From Epiperipatus broadwayi (taxonomy: Eukaryota; Animalia; Onychophora), in contig JAQFVV010000008.1 of assembly GCA_028023455.1 (NCBI GenBank), positions 16,492,001-16,556,000 of the forward strand: DNA of 64,000 nt, given 5' to 3'. The position numbers were made by a program, and so were the translations under genes. The notes beneath the pieces were generated by a model, which had not been told where the DNA came from, did no database searches, and saw only the letters and a list, made by a program, of their open reading frames with translations. How positions within the stretch are numbered: position 1 is the first letter of the stretch; every line of letters starts with the position of its first letter. Of the stretch, positions 27,043-39,559 are shown one piece after another.

Positions 27043-27452
27043 TGCACATGCGCTTTGTAGATTTAGCTATATAAATGAATACTCTCACTTTCCAAACACA
27101 AGATAAAGTCTTTGTGAAAAGATAGGATGAATCCATCTATCTTTTTGACCCAAACATTTATATATGGGCAAATCTTAAGTATTTGGAAATGAGAGTATGA
27201 AGATGTTAATCGATCACTTTAAATTACTTTTTATTATGTCTGAATGAGTGATGCTTGTGAAATTTCTAGAATTTATGATACGTCATTCTTATTAAATATA
27301 TGTAAATAAGACATAAATAAGATTTGCCCTTACATAAAGGTTTGGATCGAAAAGATAGATGGATTCATCCTATCTTTTCACAAAGACTTTATCTTGTGTT
27401 TGGAAAGTGAGAGTATTCATTTATATAGTTAAATCTATAAAGCACATGTGCA
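27043..27452. mobile_element. MITE-like element with ~135-bp terminal inverted repeats
   Basis: tgcacatgcgctttgtagatttagctatataaatgaatactctcactttccaaacacaagataaagtc... is mirrored at ~27320-27452 (...gactttatcttgtgtttggaaagtgagagtattcatttatatag...catgtgca). Confidence 0.8.
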
Positions 27453-27660
27453 CAGTGTTCCCTCTAATTTTTTGTGATCTGTGTGCACACTTTTTTAAGT
27501 GTGTGTAGTTTTTTCAAAAATAAAAAAATTTTGTGCGGCAATTTAAAAAAACGCATATAATAAAAAAAAAGACAATACAAGAATAGTATTAATATTCAGC
27601 CAAATTTTGTACCTACTTATACGCATTGACTCGATCTTACAGCATACCACTTGTAAGTTG

Positions 27661-27832
27661 TACTACATCACATGATCACTATCTCTTATACTAGCATATA
27701 ATTGTTTATAAACAAAGCAAAAATCTCCATACAGTAGTACCACCCTGTGCCAACCAGAGTAATCAATGAATGCCAGAAGGCATTCATTGATTACTCTGGT
27801 TGGCACAGGGTGGCACTGCTGTATGGAGAGTT
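27661..27832. repeat. Fold-back derivative of the 38-kb repeat family (50-bp arms, 4-nt loop)
   Basis: 27725-27774 and 27779-27828 are inverted copies with 2 mismatches. The sequence matches 37915-37970, preceded by the family tail catcacatgatcact. Confidence 0.8.
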
Positions 27833-28115
27833 GTACTACATACATTACAATAGCACACAATGAAAAAACTACTCTATAATCAAGTCAAATCATTAGTTCG
27901 TGAAGGCAGAATTTAGCTGATTACTGTGGCTTCCCTTTTCCATTCAAATGAAAAATAAGAAAATTTAAATACTTACAATGTAAAAATGTTGTCTGTTTCT
28001 AATTTTGTCAATTAACACATTTGTCAAAACGACAAACAAGAACAACAATTCACAATTACTTATTATTGAACAATTCTAGAATTAAGGATTACATTTGTTA
28101 TTAATGGCATTTATT

Positions 28116-30059
28116 TTATAACTTCTCTCTCCTGTCTTTTGGTTTTAACCATTCTGCATAAACTTTACTTAAATTTGCATTGTTTCCATCATTCATATAT
28201 GATTTTACTCTCATCAGCATATCCATATGGTTTTCTTGCAATCGATTTCTTTGTTTCGTTTTAATCAAATTCATCAAACTAAAACTGCGTTCGCAATCCG
28301 CACTACTGGCCAGAAAAGTGCCTCCGATATCTAGTAATTTGGATAGATCTTTAAATTGTTCATTATTCAAACTAAACATAACCATTTCTTCAAAATCTTT
28401 TATTTGTTTAATTTTAATTTTTTCCCGCACTGCATATTTAAAATCGTTATACTGTTCGCTTATAACAGATTTATCTGTAAGAAAAGCATTATATTTTAAA
28501 CACAATTTTTCAATTTCCGCTAGTCCATAATTAAAATCGCAGGATAATAAACTGGAAACATCAAAGGATATCCAATCTTCTACTTCATCCATTGGAAACC
28601 TTTCTTCCAAATTTTCACATAATAAATTACTAAATTTTAACATATCATCTGTTTTTATAGTTATATTTAAATCATTAGCCTTTTTTAAAAGCACGCTTAT
28701 TTTATTGTTCCATGCCATGTTTCCAAGATGTTTTTCCTTGATTTTATTAATTTTTGCACGAGCAAATTGAAAAGCATCTATGGGTGTTAATTCACGGCAT
28801 TGAAAAATTTGACATAAAGCACTGAGTTCTTCTAAAATTGAAGACAAAAGTTCTAAATTTATTTGAAATTCAATGTTGCTTAACTTTTTCAAACAAAATT
28901 TGGAAATTGGATCATCTTTATCTTGATTAAAATATTCAATTAATGATTCATAATTTGTAATAATTGCTTTTATTGCAAAATGTCTTGACAACCACTTCAC
29001 CTCATTAATAGCTTGGAAAGCTATAGATTTATTTTGTGAAGCTTCAATAATCTCTTTAAATTTACTTGTTTTTGTCACGGATCTCGAGAATAATGTATAA
29101 ACAGTTCTCACCACTGTTTCGATTTCTCTTGTGGCTTTTACTTCTTTCCATGCATCCGAAATACATAAATTTTCTCGGTGTGCAACACAATGTTGTTGCA
29201 CCAAATATGGTACATTCTGCTTTAATTTAGCTGCTACACCATTTCATTTTCCAAGCATTACGGATGCATCAGATGTAAACAACCAGCTTTTGCAAATCAA
29301 TTTGGTTATCTTCATAAAATTGTAAAATTGCAGAAAAAATTGAAGAGGAATCAGCATGACTTTAATTGGATTATCCCACCAAAAACAGTTTTATATTGAT
29401 CAGATTTTCTAAACTTAAAATATAAAATTAAACATTTGGTTGTAGAAATGTTATGTGCTTTCATCAACAATTAAAGTATGAAAATATGCCATTTTAATTT
29501 CATTTATTATTTCATTTTTTACAACAGTATTCACCACTTCCAAAAATGAAAAAGCATAGTTTTTACTATGCCAACTTTCTGGAATATGGACGTATTTTGC
29601 CATGTGGTTATTTATTTCTCGAACCGAAAGCAAAGATATGTTCATTTTAATTGCCAATAATAGATTATCAATTAAAATTTTTACTTCCTCAGGATTTGAT
29701 TTCTTTTTCTCGCGATCTTCTGGTGTTTCTTTTAAAAACCGTACCAAACCAGTTGCTGATAATGAAGCATTCTTATTTTTCAGTTTTTGTGCACTTTCTA
29801 AGTGTGATTTACTAATTAAATGCCATTTTAAAAAGTCCAATTTCTACACGCAATCCCACATTTTTCCACTAACAAAATCACTACATACCTCTCCGTCTCG
29901 GCAGTAATTACAAATTACACCCTTTTCTTCATTAAATACGAATATTTCTTTTAACTGAATTTGTAATTTATCATGACTTTTCGGAGTATCAGTTTCCACG
30001 AATTCATTAAGCCACTCAATTTTAAATTCATTAGCTGTTCTTTTTCTTTTCAAACTCAT
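28116..30059 (-). pseudogene. ZNF862-like hAT transposase in at least three frameshifted pieces
   Basis: ORFs 30059-29844, 29840-29451 (…TLIVDEST) and 29204-28116 (HCVAHR; hATC dimerisation motif ASSADCERSFSLMNLIKTKQRNRL). Confidence 0.9.
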
Positions 30060-32084
30060 TTTTAACCCTATACTGTAAAAATACTTTTAAAAATATTTAT
30101 TTTCACAAAATTATATCACTGAAACATATATATTCAATAATAAAAGCTGGTAATGATTTTGAATTTAAATTTTAACAAAAATATGGCAATTTTAACACTG
30201 ATAAAAGATGATACAATCTTTACGTATGGCGTACAAGCATTACGGTAATTCCCAGCCTCGTTTCTCATCAACGATAAATGTGCTGCCATCTATACTTATA
30301 AACAAATACTATAGTTGGCAGTTTATTTAAATCTAAAACTACATTTGATTCAATTTTTTTTCATTTTATTTTTTTATATGGATTTCATATGCAGGTACAA
30401 TTTTATTTTCTGCACGGAAAAAAAATTTTTGTGCATGTGAATATTTTTCATGTGTGCTATGTTTAAAATTTTTGTGCATGCGCACAGCTTAGAGCTTATT
30501 GGCTTATTAATATTACAGTTTATAAAAACATAACGCTATATAAAATAAATGCTTTATTATTTTACTTTGTTTATTAATATTTAAGTTTCTGTATCCTTTA
30601 CTTAACAACCTTCCATGATGTATTTTATCCCACATCACATATACTAGTACAGTTTATTTAATAGGAAAATAAAGATCAAACTTCCCTAATTAACATAACT
30701 AAAAATTAATTATCTTGAATGCTGAGAACTTAAGTTATTATTACTATTACATTTTATTTTATTTTTTTTATAAATAAATTGATTTTTCATATTTTGTTAA
30801 ATTACATGGCCCTCTTCTTCCATTATTTTAACATTAGATCATCTAAATATTAATAAATATCATCTAAATATTAATAAATATGGTCACATGGTATTATTAT
30901 GTGTTTATTTAAAAGTGCACTATTTTTTAATAGTAACATTATTTTTGTTTATTGTTAATACTAACACACAATTTAAAGATTAATGCTTAATTATTTAAGA
31001 TATGAATTAAATACAATAAAATATCCTTTATTTAATCATATCAATAATAAAGATTTATAGTTAAAGATTAAAATTTTATAAGTCTTATTTGTTATATATA
31101 AATATTTTAAACCCTGTGATAAAGTGAATAAGCTAGGCAAACACAAATATTATTAGACATTTATTCTTATTTACAAATACATAGTTATATTTTGATTTCA
31201 TAATCCTGAGATATTATTATTTGTTCATACACATTTTATAGTATGTTCTTAATATTTAAATATTCTGTTTACATTAAATAGTCTCATTATACTGACTGTC
31301 CACTTAGTAAAGATTAAGTTAATGTTTTGTTAATCAGTGTCCTGTTAAGCTAATGTTTTTGACAGTTACAATATATATTATGATCATTTTTAAACTATTT
31401 AAGTGATCAAAATATGATCTCTAATTTTTTGGAAGAAGAATTTAATGTATCATTGTTAATTTATAATAAGTTCCTGTTTTAATATTTTATTAGCATCATA
31501 TATATATTATAAATCATATTATCTCAGCTACTGGTTTTTTAAACATTGGCTGGGATGATATGATTTACATAAGATAACCAATTAGCTATGTGCACTTATG
31601 ATTTATCTTTATGTCTTAAAATACTAGCATTTGTTCTTTTGGTCAGAATAATAAACTTTATTTAAATTGGAAATTGTATTTGCAAAAAAGAATTATAAAT
31701 TAAGAATGATACTCCAAGAATTATATCCTTTTCATTTTTTACTATTGCAAAATTTTGGAAGCACAAATTCTTAAATAAAAGTAGGGCAATAACTTTATAT
31801 ATATTTTTTAAATATAAATACCGAGCTAAAGAATTTATTTAGTATTATAATTAATTTTCCATATTGATTACTAAGATGCCATTGGATATATTATTATAAT
31901 TTATTGAAATATCCCATGACCTAATTGTGTCAAAATCACGTGAGTATTGAACATTCATGTTTGAACAAGTTTAAGTCAACATGTGTAAATTTTAAGTGGA
32001 TAGATCTAGTTGTTAGTTACTGAGAAAATAGTAAATATCTGTGAGTATGATTTGGTATAAAAATGGATGATCGAAAGTTGTAGT

Positions 32085-32404
32085 GCACTCATTATGAGAG
32101 TTTTTTGGCCAAAAAAATCATTTCATAATTGGACTATCCTGCCTATGCACCTGGCTTTGCTCCCTGTGATTTTTGGTCTTTTCCAAAATTAAAAATTGCT
32201 CTGAAAAGTTGAAGATTTTCTACTCTAATTGATATCCAAAAGAATGTGAAATAGCTGCTCGACAGTTTTTTTGAAAATGAATTCCAGGTGTGTTTCCAGA
32301 AATGAGAAAAACCATTTTAATTATTGCATAGATGCTCAAGGGGACTATTTTGAAAGTATATTTTATGTTGGTGTATTCCAGGGATTAAATTATCACACCT
32401 CATA
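32085..32404 (+). mobile_element. Mariner transposon 3' fragment
   Basis: Translates to DYPAYAPGFAPCDFWSFPKLK (mariner YSPDLAPCDF motif) and CIDAQGDYFE. Ends in a mariner-like TIR ...cacacctcata. Confidence 0.8.
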
Positions 32405-33199
32405 CTTCTAGCCTATATTGTATTTTTAAATATTTATTTTGTAGTTAAAAGGCAATAGTATTTTTTTATTGCTGTAGTTAACCTCTAATGTTTTGTTGAT
32501 CACTGGAAGCATTGTGCATTCATAGTTTTTTTTTTGTCCATCACAAGTTTCTAAAATTCTGGTGCAGTTAATTATATAATCAATAAAGTAACTCATTTAA
32601 CTACTCATTTGGTTATTTAAAAAAAAGTATTTTATATTTTTGCTATATCTGTATTTTGCAAGAAATCTGTATAGTCTTAAAAATATCATTTAATTCCTAT
32701 AAAAATTACATGTGTGTGTGTTTTGTTTATATATATTATTTTGTCAATCTGAGGTAAAATTAGCAGTAAATGTAATCTTTTTCATCTTTTGATTTTGGAA
32801 TCTAAATTAAAATGGGTGGGGGGGGTATTATTTTTTATTTTGCTTGATATTTTTTTTAATGATTTTTGACTATTAATAATGAGTAATGATGATATAGGAA
32901 GTTATTGACTGATGATTATAGTTATGTCATTAGATGGTAGTCATCATTTCGTACTGTGTGGCGTGATGTATTCACTTTCCTTGCATCATACTGAAAATTT
33001 TATAAATCAAGTAGATGCCATTCATATGATCTCCAAGAATTCATAATATTTAATAATAATAATGCAGTAATTGATTAATTTTATATGTTATTATAAAATA
33101 GCAAATTGCTCTTACTGATTGATTCATCATTTGCAAGTATGGTGATTCCATCTGGGAATACTTACTGATAGGGGAATCTGCTAGAATAAAAAAATGCTT

Positions 33200-34620
33200 T
33201 AATAATACTTTAAATACTATTTTTTATGCTATAGTTGTTATATTTTTACTTTTATATGATTGTTATTTAATATCCAAAATGAGGAATTTTTATTTCAACT
33301 TTTATGTGTGGATGACAATTATATATTTGACTGATAAGATGAAAAAAATTCTAGTTGGTTTTCCATAACTTACAGTCTTTTATTTGTAATTTTTAAAAAA
33401 TTTCTAAATCTTTCAAAGTAAAAGATTAAGTCCCACAATCTTTTGTTATCTATTATTAATAGTTTTAGTTTCATTTATGAGTTTTGTTTCATAATTATTT
33501 ACTCATCTTCTAATATTGGTCATTTTTTTACAAAAAATTCTAAAATTAATATTTTTCTGTAAATTAAGTCACTTAAAATTATTATGTCAGTTAAAGTTTT
33601 TATTTTTTCCATATAACTACAAAATTTATTTCAAGATGTATTGTTGTACATTATGGTTGTATTCTTCATTCTCATGAATCGATTGCTTTAAGTTCATATT
33701 GCTTTAAGTTCAGGAATAGTTCAGTATTGATATTGTTAATATTTTCATTTGATCAACTATCAAATTATTACCATCTAGCTCTATGTTTTATTTTATTGTC
33801 TCTCAAAAATTCAATTTTTATTAAATGGAATCCTAATTCTTTATAAATTTATTATTAACTAAACCAAAGGAGCAATTGTCCAAGCAATCTTTAATAAATA
33901 GTTTTGTTTTATAATAGCAATCTTCAACGAAAATATTAACTTATTATAATATCAGGAGTTGTTTATTTTCTTTTTTTTTCTCCATATTTTTTACTTAAGT
34001 CTATTTTACACTTTGATTATTATAATCCATGTTCTCTTAATGTTTTTTTTTTCCATTCTTTTATGAATACTTTTTATTATAAAAGATTCTGTTCCTCTGA
34101 AATTCCAGTTATGTTTTTGAAAGCATTTGTTCACAATTTAAAGACAATTTTTTCAACTTTCAGATAATTCTATATTCAGTCCAAAATAAAAGCTCAAAAA
34201 GTAATGAATTCAGTTTTTTTTTTACCATTAGTTTTTGTTTTTAATTCTTTTTTTCCTAACGTTATGAAAAAAATCATTTCTTTAAACTTTCTTTTTATTA
34301 TATATCATTTTGTTGTTATAGTCTATATTTGTATAATATATTGTATATTGGTGATCTTTTAAATCCATGTGACTCATTAAAAGATTTTAGTAATTGAATA
34401 TCTTAAAAATATTTTTGGATATTACAAGACTGATTGATTTTGTCATAAGATATTTCACATAACATTTTCTTTGGATAGTTTTTGCTTTCATGTCAGGCTG
34501 ATCAAGTTAATGTCTAAGATATTTTATCATCATCATTTTTAATAATATTGAAATATCTAAGATTGTAATATATTTCCAAAATGTTCAATTCATCTTCCAC
34601 TTTTCTTGCACTGTGAATAT
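33200..34620 (-). pseudogene. Very degraded LINE (ORF1/endonuclease-like) relic; boundaries approximate
   Basis: Strand-biased purine-rich minus strand with an IILSDL motif (IILGDFN-like) near 33570. Many stops. Confidence 0.3.
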
Positions 34621-37070
34621 CAAATCTTTAAAAAACCTAAACTCCTATTCACATTTCCCAATACTCTATGAACAAATAAATTGTTGTGAAATGTATAATA
34701 AGAGGAATGTATGTTCTTAAAGTCTATAGCATATTGTCACTTCTTTTTTATATATAATTGATATTTTTTATTACATTCATTTTACAGCTTTCATTCTGAT
34801 TTTTTTGTGCATCAATTTTTTTATTCTGCTCTCTTTATTAATACTCTAATTATAGTAATAATTATATAGTCAGTTACTCTGGAGATCAAATATTTAAGCA
34901 TCAAAGTGACAAAATAAGCACAATTAAACTGAGATTTTTTTTTCTTTACAATCTTTAACTCTTGATGTCCTATTACCACAATTACATAAAACTGTACTGA
35001 GTTATTCTTTTTATTGTCTTTATTAAATAATATCACAATTAGATAATGCTAAGTCTAATTTTAGATCTCAATATTTTTCAGATTGTATTTCTTAAAATAA
35101 AAAAAATTAAGCTACTTCAAATCTATTTTTGTTTCTAATAATTTTCCAAAATACTTGGAGAAACAGTGTCCAATAATGGACTAAATTGCTGGTAGCAGAC
35201 GGTGTAAGCTAGATGTGTTTACCTATGGCTATCAGCGCCACCAAGTGGGCAGTAGTGCTGACAGCTACTTGGCATAAGGTTCCTGTGCATACGCATGGTG
35301 AACAGTGCCACCTAATGACTGGCATTTGCATCTCTGCTTTTGGCTCCGTACTCTGAATATTTCTGTGGTTGGCACAGAAATAGCACCTCTTGCAGCCACA
35401 TGGGGCATAAGTTACAAGTACCGTTTTTTCATATTTTCATCTAAAAGCTCACGTTTTTATTATCAAAAATGTATAACAAAAGAAATTGGTTTTGATTTTA
35501 GAGTTAAAAAGTAATTTTTTCCTCATATAACTCTATCTTCTACAAAATCCAGATTAAACTTTTTATTGAATATGATTCATATTTGAGAGATGATATATTT
35601 GATCTACTCTTCACTTATTAGAATATATCCATAATTAAATAATTTGGCTACTCACTTTTCTCTTTTTTACATAATTTTTCTATAATGCTTTTTGCCTTTC
35701 TATAAATTTTATTTTTCTGAATAAAACCTTATCTCATTCTATAAATAAAAATAATAAATGTATGGTTTGTTATTTGGGAATTTATTCATAGTTTAAACAC
35801 TGAAAGTAACAGAATTGAGCTGCTATTCATAAATCTTTATTTATATAGGGTACCACTGTTGCTATTTTAAATCACACAGGGCATGTCATTCTCCTTCAAT
35901 ATCTTTGTGTAAATTAATCTAGATACATTGCTTGATTTTATTCTAAATTTTATCTCATACTACTTTACTATGAAATTTTTTTCCTCATGTCATTTCCCCT
36001 TTTTTATAATTCTATTCTTTAAAAATTAATGTAACGAACTTGTTTATTATTTTTATGATACCATCCCCTCAATAATAGGTTTATTCTTTCATGAAATAAT
36101 TCAAGCAAAAAATAAAAAATCTTTTTTTTTTAAATCTTTTGTATTTTGTGCTATAATTGCTCATCGTCCATAAACATAATTAATTAATAGCTTTGTAATT
36201 TTATTTTATTTTCATTACACAAGTTTATGATTTTAGTTCATCAAAACTTTTTTATTCAAATGTTAAAATATGTTATTAAAAAGCACACACCCTCTGCAGT
36301 TTAATACAATAAAATATGGAAGTCTCAAGTGCTAAATGTTTTTGGATTGAAATTTCAAACTATCATTTTGATATTCTACACTCATATGATCTATGACCTA
36401 TTAAACAAAATTATTATAACTAAAGTTCTAAATATGTAAATAATTATGTACTATTTGATTTTATATTATCTAAATTTCAAATATCTTATTTAAGGATTTT
36501 TGAAATTTTTATTGGTAAATGAGTTATCATTATAATTTTTGGAAATCTGATTGTAAGATATTGTAAGTTTCAATACTGGTAAAAAATATTTTGTAAGAAC
36601 TACATTCAAGACAAATTATTTATTGTTGTAGGTAGAAGTGAATAATTAATATATTTATCAATTAAATCCTGTTTTATAACATATAGTCATTGGAGATCTT
36701 TGTTTTATAGTACATTTTAAAAGTTAATGATAACACTAGCAATGTACTACTATAATATTCAAATGCCTTTTATTGCTTGACTATACAGATTTTTACTATA
36801 GGGACTCATATAATAATCAATCAATCAAAAATCTTGAAGGAAACAGACTATTAAAATAAACAGAGTTGAAATAAATCTATATTTTAGTTTAAAATTTGGG
36901 TTAATATAGTAAAATTAAATTGAATTTTGCAGAAACAAAAGTTTATAATAAGTGATAAAACATATTTCCAATATTTAATTATACAATGGTTAAAACAATT
37001 ACATTTAAAGAATGATGATTATATCAAGTTAGAAATAAATAGAATAAATAATATTAAGAATTTATACATC

Positions 37071-37124
37071 GAACAATTGCTAGCATGCTGTAGGGTAGAA
37101 CAATTGCTAGCATGCTGTAGGGTA
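37071..37124. repeat. Perfect 27-bp tandem duplication
   Basis: gaacaattgctagcatgctgtagggta x2. Confidence 0.9.
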
Positions 37125-37240
37125 AAACAATGCATGTATTTATAGAAAGTGAAATTATTTTATTTTCTTAAACTTTAAAAATTTAGTTTCAATAATGACT
37201 TTATATTATTTATTTATTTATTTCTTTTTTTTTTTTTTAG

Positions 37241-37412
37241 ACTAACAACTGCATTATTGTCTCCAATATTCCCCACAATGTGACTGAAGATGAATTGACA
37301 ATTTATTTTCAGTCTAAGAAGAATGGGGGTGGAGATGTCAACTCCTTAGAGTTTATCAAAGTGGCTGAAAACAAGACAAAAACTGCTCTTGTGAAATTTG
37401 ATGATTCAGCTG
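37241..37412 (+). CDS. Internal coding exon of a host gene: RRM-like domain of PARP14/PARP10/NMI-IFP35 type
   Basis: Poly-T...AG acceptor and G|GTAAAT donor. The 172-nt open frame reads TNNCIIVSNIPHNVTEDELTIYFQSKKNGGGDVNSLEFIKVAENKTKTALVKFDDSA. The L-x-x-YF-x-x-x-x-x-GGG motif and ALVKF are typical of this family. Confidence 0.8.
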
Positions 37413-38005
37413 GTAAATAGTATGTATATGTGTGTGAAATTTTTTTAAGAAATTAAATATTTTACTTTAATTTGTAATTTGATTTTTTTTCTCTCTAATA
37501 TTAAGTTAGGTATTATTCTTTATTAAAAGTCCTATTATTGATCATGGTATCTCTTGGGAAATATATAAAATTTCTTTTCAAGATTAGATTTTTTAAAATT
37601 AAAGTAATATCAAATTATATTTGCTAGATATTAAAGTCCCAAAATAATGAAGGCTGGCCAGATGAGTATCAGTGCACTGATTGAAATATGATTGTATTAT
37701 ATTTAACTTTTTCTTATGATGAGTTAAATTTATAATTCTGTTATCTATTTTGAAATTTGTTGACAAAAAAAAAGGTTGCTTATTAAATGATTTTCTTTTA
37801 GTTCAAAGAATTTATCATTGTTGGATTAAGATATTAAAATAATATATAACCACTAAACATCACTTGATCACTATTCCTTATACTAACACATATCTGTTAT
37901 TAAAACAGGCAAAACTCTCCATACAATAGTGCCACTCAGTGCCAAACAGAGTAATCAATGGATGCCAGAAGGCTTGTGCATAAAATCCCCATCTAGTGCC
38001 TACTC

Positions 38006-38064
38006 ATCCAATATTCCCAGACTAGTTTCTAGCTTGTGGCCTTCATCAGTGAGAAGCTTTGGAT
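38006..38064 (-). ncRNA. Type I hammerhead ribozyme motif (family 1, copy A)
   Basis: Minus strand: atccaa-agc-ttctca CTGATGA aggccacaagcta GAAA ctaGTC tgggaa-ta-ttggat. Stem I ttctca/tgggaa plus distal atccaa/ttggat; palindromic stem III ACTAGT; GUC cleavage triplet. The base of stem II is non-canonical. Confidence 0.7.
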
Positions 38065-38344
38065 GCTTTAATAACATATATGTGCTAGCATAATCATGTG
38101 ATGTTTAGTGGTTTAACACCAATCCTGCCTAATAGGATAGTGGTGGCTATGTTTGTTCAAGAGCCAGAGTCACCAAAATGTGTTGGTACTGAACTGGGTT
38201 CAGACCCATATTACTATATAAGCTATTGAGCTTAGATTGAAAATATTGTGTTTTCAATTTTATTCTCATAGTTTTGTAGTTGAGATAAAAGGTTGCTGCT
38301 GGAGGGTTGCATTAGATCCTAAGATCTAGGTGTAGTGCTCTCAG

Positions 38345-38402
38345 ATCCAAAGCTCCTCACTGTCGAAGGCCACAAGCCAAAACTAGTCTGGGGATATTGG
38401 AT
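38345..38402 (+). ncRNA. Type I hammerhead motif with mutated core (family 1, copy B)
   Basis: atccaa-agc-tcctca CTGTCGA aggccacaagcc AAAA ctaGTC tgggga-ta-ttggat. Stems are intact (GGC/GCC stem II), but the core has A6->T and G12->A. Confidence 0.65.
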
Positions 38403-38878
38403 AAATAGGCACTAGATTGGGAGTTTATGCACAAGCCTTCTGGCATCCACTGATTACTCTGGTTGGCACTGAGTGGCACTACTGTATGTCGAGTTTTGCT
38501 TGTTTTAAAATAATATATTTTTGCTCTTTTTAAATCAATTAGAAAACAGTCATGTGTAAAAAATCTTTGAAGAAGGCTGTTAAATGAAACTGTTAGATAA
38601 TAAAGAAAATAGTATTTTTAAAAGTCTATAAATAGTTGGTGATTTAAGAATAAATAATATTAATAAATTTTATATAATGGCAAGTAATGGTAAACTGTCA
38701 CTATAAGTGATATCACTTAGTCATAATAATCTATTATCCACTTATTTTACCTGCCTATAAGTAAGGAACTTATTAAAACAGGCAAAACTCTCCTTACAGT
38801 AGTGCCACTCAGTGCAAACCAGAATAATCAGTGAATGCCAGAAAGATTGTGCATAAAATCCCTATCTAGTGCCTACTC

Positions 38879-38937
38879 ATCCAATATCTCCAGACGAGTT
38901 TCTAGCTTGTGACTTTCATCAGTGAGGAGCTTTGGAT
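38879..38937 (-). ncRNA. Type I hammerhead motif (family 1, copy C)
   Basis: Minus strand: atccaa-agc-tcctca CTGATGA aagtcacaagcta GAAA ctcGTC tggaga-ta-ttggat. Core boxes intact; one mismatch in stem I and one in the stem III palindrome. Confidence 0.65.
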
Positions 38938-39559
38938 CTAATGACAGTTTGAGCAAGCATAGGAAATGATGATCATGTGATGTGATGTGATGTGGGGAAC
39001 TTAATACATCATACCTTTAAAGTTAATTAGGAAATTCAAATAATTAGCAACAATAAATGTTTACTGTTTGTTCTTTTAATTATTATTATTACATTCCTTC
39101 AAGTCAAAATTAATTCCTGATTCCTGAGAATACTTTAATTAAACATTCATTATTATGATAATGATGATATAATGGGCCTAATCTTTTTTTTTTTCATCAA
39201 CAATATTTTGTTAATGAATTAGGTTTTCTCATGATATGTGCAAGCCTAATCATTGATTTTCAAGTGAGATTTCAGATGTAATCTCATCAAGAATCTATTT
39301 ATTAACTTTTTATGATGTTCATCGAATTTTCATGTCATTTCCAGCATTACAATTGAAAAGCGTAAATACTTTTTTTTTTCACATCCAACTTTTGCATCAA
39401 TAAAAAGTCACTGAAAACCCCCAAACTTGAATAATTTTGACTTTCATTTTTAAAAATATTTTGTTTTAAAAAATTTTATTTATATGTTTGTTGCAATTTT
39501 GCATGTATTAGTCTGAAATGAATTTATTAACTACTAGATCCCTTGTTTTTTGATAAAAT

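Larger units (their letters stand above)
27453..30494 (-). mobile_element. hAT transposon (ZNF862-like transposase); right TIR truncated
   Basis: Left terminus CAGTGTTCCCTCTAA. The right end ...gcgcacagcttagag lacks the terminal GGAACACTG. Contains a transposase pseudogene. Confidence 0.85.
26715..31370 (+). mobile_element. Solo LTR of the same family as 14734-15909, split by a 3.5-kb composite insertion (27019-30555)
   Basis: 26715-27018 and 30556-31370 align with the left and right parts of 14734-15909. Starts TGTAAT and ends TGACAGTTACA. attattttacttt is duplicated at 27006-27018 and 30556-30568. Confidence 0.75.
37848..38997. mobile_element. Cluster of three HHR-bearing short repeats (retrozyme-like family 1), in inverted arrangement
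   Basis: Minus copy 37848-38064; plus tail 38067-38113; plus copy ~38120-38510; minus copy ~38770-38940; plus tail with (gatgt)n at ~38968-38997. Confidence 0.75.

Noticed and set aside
35165-35420. GC-richer island containing tggtagcaga and a small hairpin, as an LTR or PBS
   Set aside because: No partner LTR, no TSD and no coding context.
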